Source: Patescibacteria group bacterium (lineage in GTDB: Bacteria; Patescibacteriota; Patescibacteriia; UM-FILTER-42-10). Taken from it: 64,000 nt of DNA. Within the stretch, counting starts at the first letter, position 1; each line of letters starts with the position of its first letter. This document shows, piece by piece, positions 49,065 to 61,721 of this stretch. Location: assembly GCA_041664365.1 (NCBI GenBank), contig JBAYKW010000004.1:11013-75012 (forward strand), given 5' to 3'. The translations under genes and the position numbers were made by a program. Below the pieces are notes generated by a model. That model did not search any database, had not been told where the DNA came from, and saw only the letters and a list, made by a program, of their open reading frames with translations.

Positions 49065-49276
49065 CACACATCCTCCATGGAGTTACCAACATCATCTTGG
49101 CTGGTGATTCTCTGACGGGAATCGACTCGACAAACGCAATTGGTCAGAGAGAGTTTGCAGTGTTTACACCTCCATCTCTGGGTGGCAGGATCGAAGTAAG
49201 CCCCAAACGGCGCGTCTGGCTGATGCCCTCCGCTAGAAGCAGAGGGCACGAGGTAATTATGTCCTCTGTAGACCAT
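49064..49276 (-). CDS. About 70-aa CxxC-x6-CxC microprotein
   Basis: WRCKHCKLSLTNCVC; ATG 49276 with purine-rich SD (alternative GTG 49303). Confidence 0.7.
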   Translation of the reverse strand: MVYRGHNYLVPSASSGGHQPDAPFGAYFDPATQRWRCKHCKLSLTNCVCRVDSRQRITSQDDVGNSMEDV

Positions 49277-49423
49277 TCCTTTTCCCTTCAGGTTGAAGTT
49301 CACATCCTGAACTGCGGATATTGTGAATATTGCATCGGGAAATCATTATTCCCATTATCTTAATGTACAAAATCGAGTTTTATGGCTCGTAAAGATACTT
49401 AATAAGCACCCTTACCAACCATC

Positions 49424-49536
49424 AAACAAAGAACCGGCGAGATGAGGCCGGTTGTAAAATTTTAATACCAAACCTCTCATCAATGGCAGATGATAATCGT
49501 AATCAGTTTAATAATTAGGTTTGATTTGTAGTTCAT
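49424..49536 (-). promoter_or_regulatory. Ile-rich leader attenuator 2
   Basis: Leader 49536-49480 MNYKSNLIIKLITIIICH; terminator AACCGGC-CTCATCTC-GCCGGTT-CTTTGTTT; GATGAG at the stop pairs with CTCATC. Confidence 0.7.
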
Positions 49537-49543
49537 GGATTTT

Positions 49544-49645
49544 AAAAAACTAGCCTCTCGGCTAGTTTAATTAATGTGAATTAATGCAAAACTAGCCAGA
49601 GATTCTGGTAATAATCAGGTTAATAATGGAAATTGTTTTTTGCAT
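49544..49645 (-). promoter_or_regulatory. Ile-rich leader attenuator 1
   Basis: Leader 49645-49592 MQKTISIINLIITRISG; terminator AAACTAGCC-GAGA-GGCTAGTTTTTT; GGCTAGTTT across the stop codon is complementary to the terminator 5' arm. Confidence 0.8.
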
Positions 49646-49658
49646 ATTGTTGATTGGA

Positions 49659-49687
49659 ATATTATGCCAGTATGAATCTGCTGTCAA
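49659..49687 (-). promoter_or_regulatory. sigma70-type promoter upstream of the tandem attenuators
   Basis: TTGACA-17-TAATAT. Confidence 0.65.
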
Positions 49688-49688
49688 G

Positions 49689-50168
49689 CTATTTTTCCAT
49701 TTCTTTCAGTTCATCGTCATCATAGATCGCCGAAAAATCCAGTTTCTTGTAGTTAAATAATTCGTCCTCATTGAAAAAACGATAAACTTCTTTACTGGCT
49801 GATTCAGGCGAGTCCGAGGCGTGGATAATATTATGGCCTTTGCTCATTGAAAGGTCACCTCGAATGCTTCCTGCATCCGCTTCTCTTCCGGAAGTCGGTC
49901 CGACGATCAAACGGATGGCATTAATTGCACCGAAGCCCTCCAGCACCATCACAACTACGGGGGAAGACTGCATAAATTTTTTTAAATCTTCAAAAAAAGG
50001 TTTGTCTTGGTGATGTTCATAGTGAACTGCGATCAAAGCATCATCTATTGAGATCATTTTCATTCCAACAATTTTTAATCCTTTTCTCTCAAAACGTGTA
50101 ACAACCTCTCCTAGCAGATTCCTTTGCAGGGTATCAGGTTTTATGATAATTAGCGATCTTTGTTTCAT
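49689..50168 (-). CDS. ndk: Nucleoside-diphosphate kinase
   Basis: IIKPD, RFERKG, GSIRGD, NIIHASDS. Confidence 0.96.
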   Translation of the reverse strand: MKQRSLIIIKPDTLQRNLLGEVVTRFERKGLKIVGMKMISIDDALIAVHYEHHQDKPFFEDLKKFMQSSPVVVMVLEGFGAINAIRLIVGPTSGREADAGSIRGDLSMSKGHNIIHASDSPESASKEVYRFFNEDELFNYKKLDFSAIYDDDELKEMEK

Positions 50169-50557
50169 TGTTGAATATTCCCTTTTTTCTTAAGTAAGTC
50201 TTGAACCTTTTCGACTATTTCTGTCGGTGTATGGTTTGCTTTTACAAAATAGTCATCCGCTCCCAGATCTTTTCCTTTTTGGATATCCTGGTCCTGGCCG
50301 AGATTTGTTAACAAAATAACCGGAACATCTTTAATATTTTCGTCTTTGCGAATCTCCTTTAAAGTAGCAAATCCGTCCAGTTTCGGCATGATAATGTCCA
50401 GTAATATCATATCCGGTTTTGCATTTCGCGCAGCTTTCAGTCCGTCAGAACCGTTTTCCGCAGTTTCTATTTCAAACCCTTCTCTGGTAAATTTTGCGGT
50501 ATACATCTCCAGTAACATTTTATCGTCTTCAATTAGGAGGATTTTTTGCTTGCTCAT
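50165..50557 (-). CDS. Single-domain response regulator
   Basis: LIEDD, LLDIIMP, LLTN, YFVK. Confidence 0.9.
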   Translation of the reverse strand: MSKQKILLIEDDKMLLEMYTAKFTREGFEIETAENGSDGLKAARNAKPDMILLDIIMPKLDGFATLKEIRKDENIKDVPVILLTNLGQDQDIQKGKDLGADDYFVKANHTPTEIVEKVQDLLKKKGNIQQ

Positions 50558-50644
50558 AATGTTATTTGGATTGTGATTATTAGTTTTATTAATTATCTCC
50601 CTCTCTTACCTATAACACAAATATATAAAATCTGCAATATACTG

Positions 50645-52114
50645 TTAAAATTCCGCCCATTTTTTATACCAATCATTATTTTTTTCATAATTATGGGCAA
50701 CCTGGAAAAGTATGCTTTCTGCGAATGGTTTTGCCATAAATTGCAGACCGATTGGCAGGCCGCCTGCAAATCCGCAAGGTACGGATATGGCCGGGATACC
50801 GCTGATATTTGCCGATACGGTAAATATGTCAGAGAGGTACATTGTTAATGGATCATTTACCATTTCACCTATACCAAAAGCAGTTGTGGGAGTAGTTGGA
50901 GTAACCAGAACATCAACTTCATTAAACACTTCAGCAAAGTCATTTTTTACCAGTTCACGTATTTTCTGGGCACGGCGGTAGTATGCATCATAGAACCCGC
51001 TGGAAAGACTAAAGGTACCGATCATTATTCTGCGTTTGACTTCATCACCGAATCCATTGGCCCGGGATTTGCTGTAAACTGAAAATAAATCTTTTACGTT
51101 TTTATCATCCTGGATGATTGAATATCCATAACGGATGCCGTCATACCGTGACAAGTTGGAACTGGCTTCGGCCGGAAGAATAATATAATAAACCGCCAAT
51201 GCAAAATCGGTATAGGGAAGGCTCACCTCTTTGATGCTGGCTCCCATTTCTTCTAGCTGTTTTATTGAATCACGAACACCTTTTTCTACATCCTGATTAA
51301 TCCCCCCGACAAAATATTCTTTCGGGATGCCGATTCTTAAACCTTTAATATCTTTTGAAAGGTATTTTGTAAAATCTTCATATGGAACGTGAGCAGTCGT
51401 AGAATCATGCGGATCTTGTCCGGCAATTGCATTTAAAACTATTGCTGAATCTTCTACCGTCCTTGTAATCGGCCCGATCTGATCTAAAGACGAGGCTAAA
51501 GCAATCAACCCGTAGCGTGATACTCTCCCGTAGGTCGGTTTTAATCCCACCACACCGCAAAACGCCGCCGGCTGTCTGGTTGATCCGCCGGTATCCGAAC
51601 CCAATGCATAGACACACTCCTTCGCTGCCACAGCAGCAGCCGAGCCGCCGGATGAACCTCCCGGAACTTTTTCCAAATTCCATGGATTTTTTGTGATTTG
51701 AAATGCCGAATTTTCCGTTGAAGAACCCATAGCGAACTCATCCAAATTTGTTTTACCTAAAAGTACCATGCCGGCTTTATTTAACTTTGCTGCCACAGTA
51801 GAATCATACATGGACTGGTATTTTTTCAGAATTTTTGATCCGGCTGTAGCTCGCGTTCCGACCGCTAGCATATTATCTTTCAGTGCCGCCGGTATGCCTA
51901 AAAGCGGAGAGTCATATTGTTTATCTTTTATTTTTTTATCTGCCAGATTTGAGCTTTTTATTGCCAGATCTCTTGTCACTTCAAGATATGCTGATATTTT
52001 CGGTTCTGCTTTTTCAATATTTCCCAGATATTCCTGTGTTAACTCAAAAGAAGAAATCTTCCGATCTCGAATTTTTTCAGATACCTCTTTCAGTGACAAA
52101 TCAGATAGTTTCAT
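50645..52114 (-). CDS. gatA: Asp/Glu-tRNA amidotransferase subunit A
   Basis: KTNLDEFAMGSSTE, GGSSGGS, SDTGGS, SSNLSRYDG. Confidence 0.97.
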   Translation of the reverse strand: MKLSDLSLKEVSEKIRDRKISSFELTQEYLGNIEKAEPKISAYLEVTRDLAIKSSNLADKKIKDKQYDSPLLGIPAALKDNMLAVGTRATAGSKILKKYQSMYDSTVAAKLNKAGMVLLGKTNLDEFAMGSSTENSAFQITKNPWNLEKVPGGSSGGSAAAVAAKECVYALGSDTGGSTRQPAAFCGVVGLKPTYGRVSRYGLIALASSLDQIGPITRTVEDSAIVLNAIAGQDPHDSTTAHVPYEDFTKYLSKDIKGLRIGIPKEYFVGGINQDVEKGVRDSIKQLEEMGASIKEVSLPYTDFALAVYYIILPAEASSNLSRYDGIRYGYSIIQDDKNVKDLFSVYSKSRANGFGDEVKRRIMIGTFSLSSGFYDAYYRRAQKIRELVKNDFAEVFNEVDVLVTPTTPTTAFGIGEMVNDPLTMYLSDIFTVSANISGIPAISVPCGFAGGLPIGLQFMAKPFAESILFQVAHNYEKNNDWYKKWAEF

Positions 52115-52400
52115 TTTTGTTCAGTATTGTCTTAACCTTGATGTGGCCGTTTTTTTGATCCGGCGCCTGCCCGATTAACGCTTCCTGATTTTTTGACTCT
52201 ACCACAATATCATTTCTTAAAATATTTTCATTGTCCGATATTACGATCTTCTCGCCCTTTTCAACCGTAACCTTATTCAATATATTTATATAATCTAAAA
52301 TTGAGGTGATTTGTTTTTGAAATCTACTCACCTCTTCGGCAGTCAAATCGATCCGAGCAAGCTTTGCTAAATGTTCAACTTCTTCTTTTGTCAGATTCAT
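52101..52400 (-). CDS. gatC: Asp/Glu-tRNA amidotransferase subunit C
   Basis: EVEHLAKLARI; overlaps the gatA start. Confidence 0.9.
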   Translation of the reverse strand: MNLTKEEVEHLAKLARIDLTAEEVSRFQKQITSILDYINILNKVTVEKGEKIVISDNENILRNDIVVESKNQEALIGQAPDQKNGHIKVKTILNKNETI

Positions 52401-52422
52401 AATTTTTTTATTTTATCACTAT

Positions 52423-56716
<4,294 letters not shown>

Positions 56717-57469
56717 TTATCTTCGGAAAATCATTGAAGTTACAGTAGTTTGAAGATTTACCTCTTCCCCCTCTATCCCCTCACCCACTTTACTGTTCAT
56801 AACAATTGTTACCATCGGCTGGACGTCCGGTATTGCACACAGATTATCAGTACAAATTTCCGGATAACAATCAGAATCAACCGAACAACCCGTTGGTATT
56901 GAAAAAGGGTCGGAATGCGGAAAGATGTACAAAGATAACAATGAAATTCTGACTTTTTCCGGAGTAACCACTTGCCAGTTAATTTCCGCTGAACAACGAT
57001 TTCGGTAAAAAGAACTGTTGGAACAAACTTCTATTTCTTCACTAGCTGAATCATACCGATAAATCACTTGCTTATTCTCCTGATCCTTTGTGGCCAATAT
57101 ATTTACAGGTCCGGCAGATATATCAATGTTTATGCACTCGCCAAATACCCCATTGCAATCTGCATCGCTAATACAAGAAGTATAGTTAATTCCCTCTTCG
57201 TCAGTTCCCCCCTCGCAATGGCCCCGATAAAAATCATAATCAATAGTGCCTACCTGCGCCTCCCGGGCAATTGACTCCATAACAAATCTGGCATCACTCT
57301 GTACTACCTGGAGATTGCGCACTTGCCTCTGAACATTCGTAACGGTCACAAATAAATCAACAGCCATCAGTGCTGTCATTGAAAACACAGCTAAAACCAC
57401 CACCATTTCCATCAAAGAAAATCCCGGCGCGGATTGATTCAGTATTTTTCTAGCAATCTTTTTGATCAT
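56717..57469 (-). CDS. Type IV minor pilin (PilW/GspJ-like)
   Basis: GFSLMEMVVV prepilin motif. Confidence 0.85.
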   Translation of the reverse strand: MIKKIARKILNQSAPGFSLMEMVVVLAVFSMTALMAVDLFVTVTNVQRQVRNLQVVQSDARFVMESIAREAQVGTIDYDFYRGHCEGGTDEEGINYTSCISDADCNGVFGECINIDISAGPVNILATKDQENKQVIYRYDSASEEIEVCSNSSFYRNRCSAEINWQVVTPEKVRISLLSLYIFPHSDPFSIPTGCSVDSDCYPEICTDNLCAIPDVQPMVTIVMNSKVGEGIEGEEVNLQTTVTSMIFRR

Positions 57470-57485
57470 CCTGATTAATCTATTA

Positions 57486-57520
57486 TTGCCAATTACCTAT
57501 TACAAATTACCAATTACTTA
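57486..57520. repeat. Degenerate 7-mer tandem array
   Basis: ttgccaa-ttaccta-ttacaaa-ttaccaa-ttactta between pilin genes. Confidence 0.7.
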
Positions 57521-57524
57521 TATA

Positions 57525-58190
57525 CTACTTCCAATTATACAAATGATCCTCAAGAGTTACACTGTTAGTTGTATTAGTTGATCCTCTTTCTTGCCACACA
57601 ACGTTTATTAACACCTGCACGCCAACTTTTATTTCATCAGCAAGGCAAACTGCTTCTTCTCGATAATTTTCTACTGCTCCATCTGACTTCTGACATATTG
57701 ATTTTATTATAATCGTCCTAGAAAAAGGTGTTGCTAGAGTTACATCAATCGTTTCCCCTGATAACTTGTGCCGGTATATTCCATTTTCCAGATAAATTCG
57801 GCATCTTTCACTAGTGATACACGGGTCCGCGGTCGTATCTTCACCGTTGGAGTCCAAACTCCAGGACGCCGGTGTCACATTGGGATTGAATCTGGCCAAA
57901 TAAACATAACTTGGAGTTACATCATTTAAACCAGTGTCCCAAGCCGTAAAATCTAATGAATTAGATTCAATTTTTAACCAGTTGTTGTACCTTTGTTGCT
58001 TGACTACTTCCATACCTTCGCGGGCAAGATTACCGGCGATCGTCTGCATTTCGCTCGCTGTACCTCCCCTGATCGTAGCCATGGTCAGAACCAGTGTGCT
58101 GATTACCCCAACTAGAATGATACTGATGGCAACCACCAGTTCTATCAGACTCTGTCCCTTATTATTTTTTGTGATTCGTTTGATAATCAT
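57525..58190 (-). CDS. Type IV minor pilin (PilV/GspI-like)
   Basis: GQSLIELVVA motif; NLAREGMEVV. Confidence 0.85.
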   Translation of the reverse strand: MIIKRITKNNKGQSLIELVVAISIILVGVISTLVLTMATIRGGTASEMQTIAGNLAREGMEVVKQQRYNNWLKIESNSLDFTAWDTGLNDVTPSYVYLARFNPNVTPASWSLDSNGEDTTADPCITSERCRIYLENGIYRHKLSGETIDVTLATPFSRTIIIKSICQKSDGAVENYREEAVCLADEIKVGVQVLINVVWQERGSTNTTNSVTLEDHLYNWK

Positions 58191-58193
58191 ATA

Positions 58194-58970
58194 TTACAGA
58201 TTCTGTAATAAACACCCAGGGTTTGCTGACTCACTTACCTCACCTGAAACACCATTAATCATAACCATACGACATTTGTGGGTAGTTTTGTGCTCAAGCA
58301 ATATTTTTATTGTTTGTTCATAATAAATTACCGGATCATCTATATGTAAAACAAAAAATGGTGTTGGTTTTGGGGGACGGAAAGAAACATCAATTCCATT
58401 AAAATCAGCATCGGGACATAGTGAATCCCCGGGAGAATTTATCCAGGAACACTTTATTAGATAGTCTTTTATCCTAACGTTATTGGGTAAAGAGTAATTT
58501 TCTTTTCCATCCAATGGAATATCAGTCCCTGCATTAAACTTTCCCGTTATACCTCCGATATCAGCAAAAAGTGTATAAGTTGTCGGACACTCCATTAATG
58601 TTGATTCATGACATCTGGCAGAACTATCATCAACAAGCTTGTCTAATACTATACCAAACCCCCCGATCGGAACCAAACCGCAAGTTCCATTTGGAGGGAT
58701 TAAACTTTCGCATTCAGTATCATTCGTACAGGACAGTAAATTTCGATCTCCGCCTTTGCAGACTTTTACTACCTGACCGGACATTCCCAAATTCTGGACT
58801 TCACGAAAATTATTAACCAATTCCACCGCACCGGTTCTTAAGTCATCCATTTTCTGACCTTGTCGGAAGTTGTTCACCACCACCACGGAGATGATTACAA
58901 AAATTGATATGGAAATCAGTAATTCCAGTAATGTGTAACCGTTTCTTTTTTTCAGACTGAAATACTTCAT
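58194..58970 (-). CDS. Type IV minor pilin (FimT/GspH-like)
   Basis: GYTLLELLIS motif. Confidence 0.85.
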   Translation of the reverse strand: MKYFSLKKRNGYTLLELLISISIFVIISVVVVNNFRQGQKMDDLRTGAVELVNNFREVQNLGMSGQVVKVCKGGDRNLLSCTNDTECESLIPPNGTCGLVPIGGFGIVLDKLVDDSSARCHESTLMECPTTYTLFADIGGITGKFNAGTDIPLDGKENYSLPNNVRIKDYLIKCSWINSPGDSLCPDADFNGIDVSFRPPKPTPFFVLHIDDPVIYYEQTIKILLEHKTTHKCRMVMINGVSGEVSESANPGCLLQNL

Positions 58971-58978
58971 CGTATTTT

Positions 58979-59719
58979 TTAGTAAATAGTATACCAGTCA
59001 ATAATCTGATCCCCAAACAACAACACTATGAGCGTTGCTAATGTTAGGAATATTCCCAAGGGCACAGAGTCCTGCCATTTCTTTTTTTTGGATGCCAGCA
59101 ACCCAACAGATATGATTGCACCGCTGATATATGTTATGACAAGTAGAGGTAGAATTTTGGGCCACCCCACCATGAACCCGCACATCAATCCCAGTCTTAA
59201 ATCCCCCCCACCGATCCATTTTCCCTTGGAAATTACGAACTGCAGTAGGAAAAAACTCAACCCTATTATACCACCAATCAGGATATTCGTCAGTGAAAAT
59301 CCAAGCATTAATGATCCGATAAACCCAATAATAATCGCTGGGATTGAAACAGAATCCAGTATCAGATAGTAGAGCAAATCGTAAACAAATATAATAATCA
59401 GAAATACAGAATACAGCGCATATAGAAAAAATTCCAAGGTCAGACCGAATTTTAGATACAGCACAAGAAATACCAATCCAGTCGCAAGCTCAACCAAAGG
59501 ATACTGCTTGGAAATGCTTTTTTTGCAATAACGGCATTTCCCGCGCAAAAACACAAAACTGAAAACAGGGACCAGATCCAAAACTGATAATGATTTTTTA
59601 CAATGCGTACAAAAAGACCTTCCTTTCAGAAAGCTTTTTTTGTGTTTCATCCGATAGATCACGACATTTAAAAAACTGCCAATGATCAGACCGAAAACTA
59701 ATGCAATTACTTCGAACAT
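58979..59719 (-). CDS. pilD: Prepilin peptidase
   Basis: GSFLNVVIYR, two CxxC, YPLVEL, GGGDLRL. Confidence 0.95.
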   Translation of the reverse strand: MFEVIALVFGLIIGSFLNVVIYRMKHKKSFLKGRSFCTHCKKSLSVLDLVPVFSFVFLRGKCRYCKKSISKQYPLVELATGLVFLVLYLKFGLTLEFFLYALYSVFLIIIFVYDLLYYLILDSVSIPAIIIGFIGSLMLGFSLTNILIGGIIGLSFFLLQFVISKGKWIGGGDLRLGLMCGFMVGWPKILPLLVITYISGAIISVGLLASKKKKWQDSVPLGIFLTLATLIVLLFGDQIIDWYTIY

Positions 59720-60411
59720 TATTTTTTATTTACAGTTTGAAATTTTTTATTTATCCCGGGGTCATTTTTAGGATTTCGGATAAGCTTCGGGAAAATGCCA
59801 CTTAAAGCCATCTGAGCAGTTCTGACAATGATTTCAAAATCAGTCACCAGTGAAAAATTCTCAACATATTTTTCATCCAATTCCAACATATTAGCAAATG
59901 AATGATCGCCGGGGTTCACCTGCCATAATCCGGTAATCCCCGGCCTGGCTTTCATACGTATTTCCCATTTTTGATAGAGGTCCGGTTGAACCTGTAATTT
60001 ACTGAAATCAACATCACTAGTTGGCAGCGGGCGAGGGCCGACCAAACTCATCTCCCCTTTTAAAACATTAAATATTTGTGGAATTTCATCTAACCCGGTA
60101 CCTCGGAGTGATCGTCCGACATTAGTTTGCCGAGGATCTGTTGCCATTTTAAACAAAAAACCGGACGCTTCATTTTTGGATTGCAATGCGGTTTGTTGCT
60201 TGTCAGCACCCACGATCATCGTTCTGAATTTATACATCATAAACGGCTTGTTATTTCTGCCATACCTCTTCTGTCTGTAAAACACGGGCCCTTTAGAATC
60301 AAATTTAATTATCATCCCTATTACAATACTAAAAAGCACCGCTGGTATAAGCAACATCAGAGCAACAACAAGATCAAAAATGTATTTTAACAGGTTGCGA
60401 AAGAATTGCAT
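59719..60411 (-). CDS. Bacterial sugar transferase (initiating polyprenyl phosphoglycosyltransferase)
   Basis: GPVFYRQ, YKFRTM, DEIPQ, GEMSLVGPRP, PGITGLWQV. Confidence 0.92.
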   Translation of the reverse strand: MQFFRNLLKYIFDLVVALMLLIPAVLFSIVIGMIIKFDSKGPVFYRQKRYGRNNKPFMMYKFRTMIVGADKQQTALQSKNEASGFLFKMATDPRQTNVGRSLRGTGLDEIPQIFNVLKGEMSLVGPRPLPTSDVDFSKLQVQPDLYQKWEIRMKARPGITGLWQVNPGDHSFANMLELDEKYVENFSLVTDFEIIVRTAQMALSGIFPKLIRNPKNDPGINKKFQTVNKK

Positions 60412-60602
60412 GAAAAATAAAATTAACCTTTATTTTAAGCCCAGTTTCTGGTATAATAATACCATTATTCCAGTTAAATGTAAATTATTTTTATGGGTAG
60501 ATTAGTCATAAATACATTATTTGTTGGCGGTAGGCAAACGCTTACAAAATAATCTTCTTTTTTCTGTCTCGATAATAACACACATGATTTTAACTAAAAA
60601 AT

Positions 60603-61721
60603 ATGAAAATTCTTTTAAACAGTAGGGCCGACCTAAACAGTAAACCGGGCGGTGATACCCTGCAAATAAATAAAACTGCAGAATATCTGAGAAAGCTGGA
60701 TGTGGCTGTTGATATTTCAACGGAAATGCAGCCGGATTTGTCGAAATACGATATTGTGCATCTTTTTAATATTACCCGACCGCATGAAACGTATGCCCAG
60801 TTTCAAAATGCTCAAAATCAAAATAAGCCGGTTGTACTTACTCCCCTCTATCAAAATTTTGACGAGTGGGACCGTAAAGGCAGATATGGATTACAAAGTA
60901 TTTTCATGAAGTTAATTCCGGATAAAAATAGTAAAGAACTATTTAAGCTATCATTGAGAGCAATAACAAATATTCATTTATATCAACAATACTTCTATCA
61001 ACTTATCAATGGTTATGTACAGCAACAGCAAAAAGTACTGAATAATGTTAATGCCCTGCTTCTAAACTCCACACTGGAAATGAATCTACTGGAAAATGAT
61101 TTAGGAATACATAATAAATATTTTATTGTACCAAATGGAATTGACGCGGATTTTGCAGATGTTAATCCGGATTTATTCAGACAAAAATATGGTATTCAAG
61201 ATTTTGTGCTCTGTGTTGCCAACTTCTCCAGCATTAAGAACCATATTAAATCACTCAAAGCATTAAAAAATACCGGCATAAAATTAGTACTGATTGGAAA
61301 ACCACAGAAAAATCACAGAAAATATTTTCGACATATTAATAAAACAGCAAACAATAATTCAAATATTTTACTGATTACCGATGCTTCAAAAGATTTGATA
61401 AAATCAGCCTATGCATCCGCCAAGGTGCATGTATTACCCAGCTGGTTCGAAACATGCGGATTAGTCAGTTTAGAAGCGGGGCTGGCAGGTTGTAATGTTG
61501 TAAGCACTGACCGGGGTTACGCAAAAGAGTATTTAGGCAATTTCGCAAAATACTGTGATCCGGCAGATGTTAGCTCAATAAAAAACTCCGTGCTTGATGC
61601 ATTAAAATCTCCAAAATCAGATAATCTAAAGAATCATATATTAGCAAACTTCTCCTGGGGAAAAACCGCTCAAAAAACACTGGTGGTTTATCAAAACATT
61701 ATCAATGCAACTGGTAAATAA
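60603..61721 (+). CDS. Glycosyltransferase family 4
   Basis: VPNGID, VLPSWFETCGLVSLEA. Confidence 0.9.
   Translation: MKILLNSRADLNSKPGGDTLQINKTAEYLRKLDVAVDISTEMQPDLSKYDIVHLFNITRPHETYAQFQNAQNQNKPVVLTPLYQNFDEWDRKGRYGLQSIFMKLIPDKNSKELFKLSLRAITNIHLYQQYFYQLINGYVQQQQKVLNNVNALLLNSTLEMNLLENDLGIHNKYFIVPNGIDADFADVNPDLFRQKYGIQDFVLCVANFSSIKNHIKSLKALKNTGIKLVLIGKPQKNHRKYFRHINKTANNNSNILLITDASKDLIKSAYASAKVHVLPSWFETCGLVSLEAGLAGCNVVSTDRGYAKEYLGNFAKYCDPADVSSIKNSVLDALKSPKSDNLKNHILANFSWGKTAQKTLVVYQNIINATGK

Noticed and set aside
48434-49303. RiPP precursor cluster
   Set aside because: No radical SAM, YcaO, LanM, peptidase or exporter gene nearby; Cys spacing fits metal binding better.
48446-49363. Plus-strand ORFs 48446-48889 and 49097-49363
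   Set aside because: The minus-strand ORFs carry the SDs, shared motif, coupling and terminator; these are their shadows.
47185-49690. Prophage or integrative element at tRNA-Pro
   Set aside because: No integrase or phage genes. The tRNA fragment is only about 30 bp from the tRNA and does not bracket the small-gene island.
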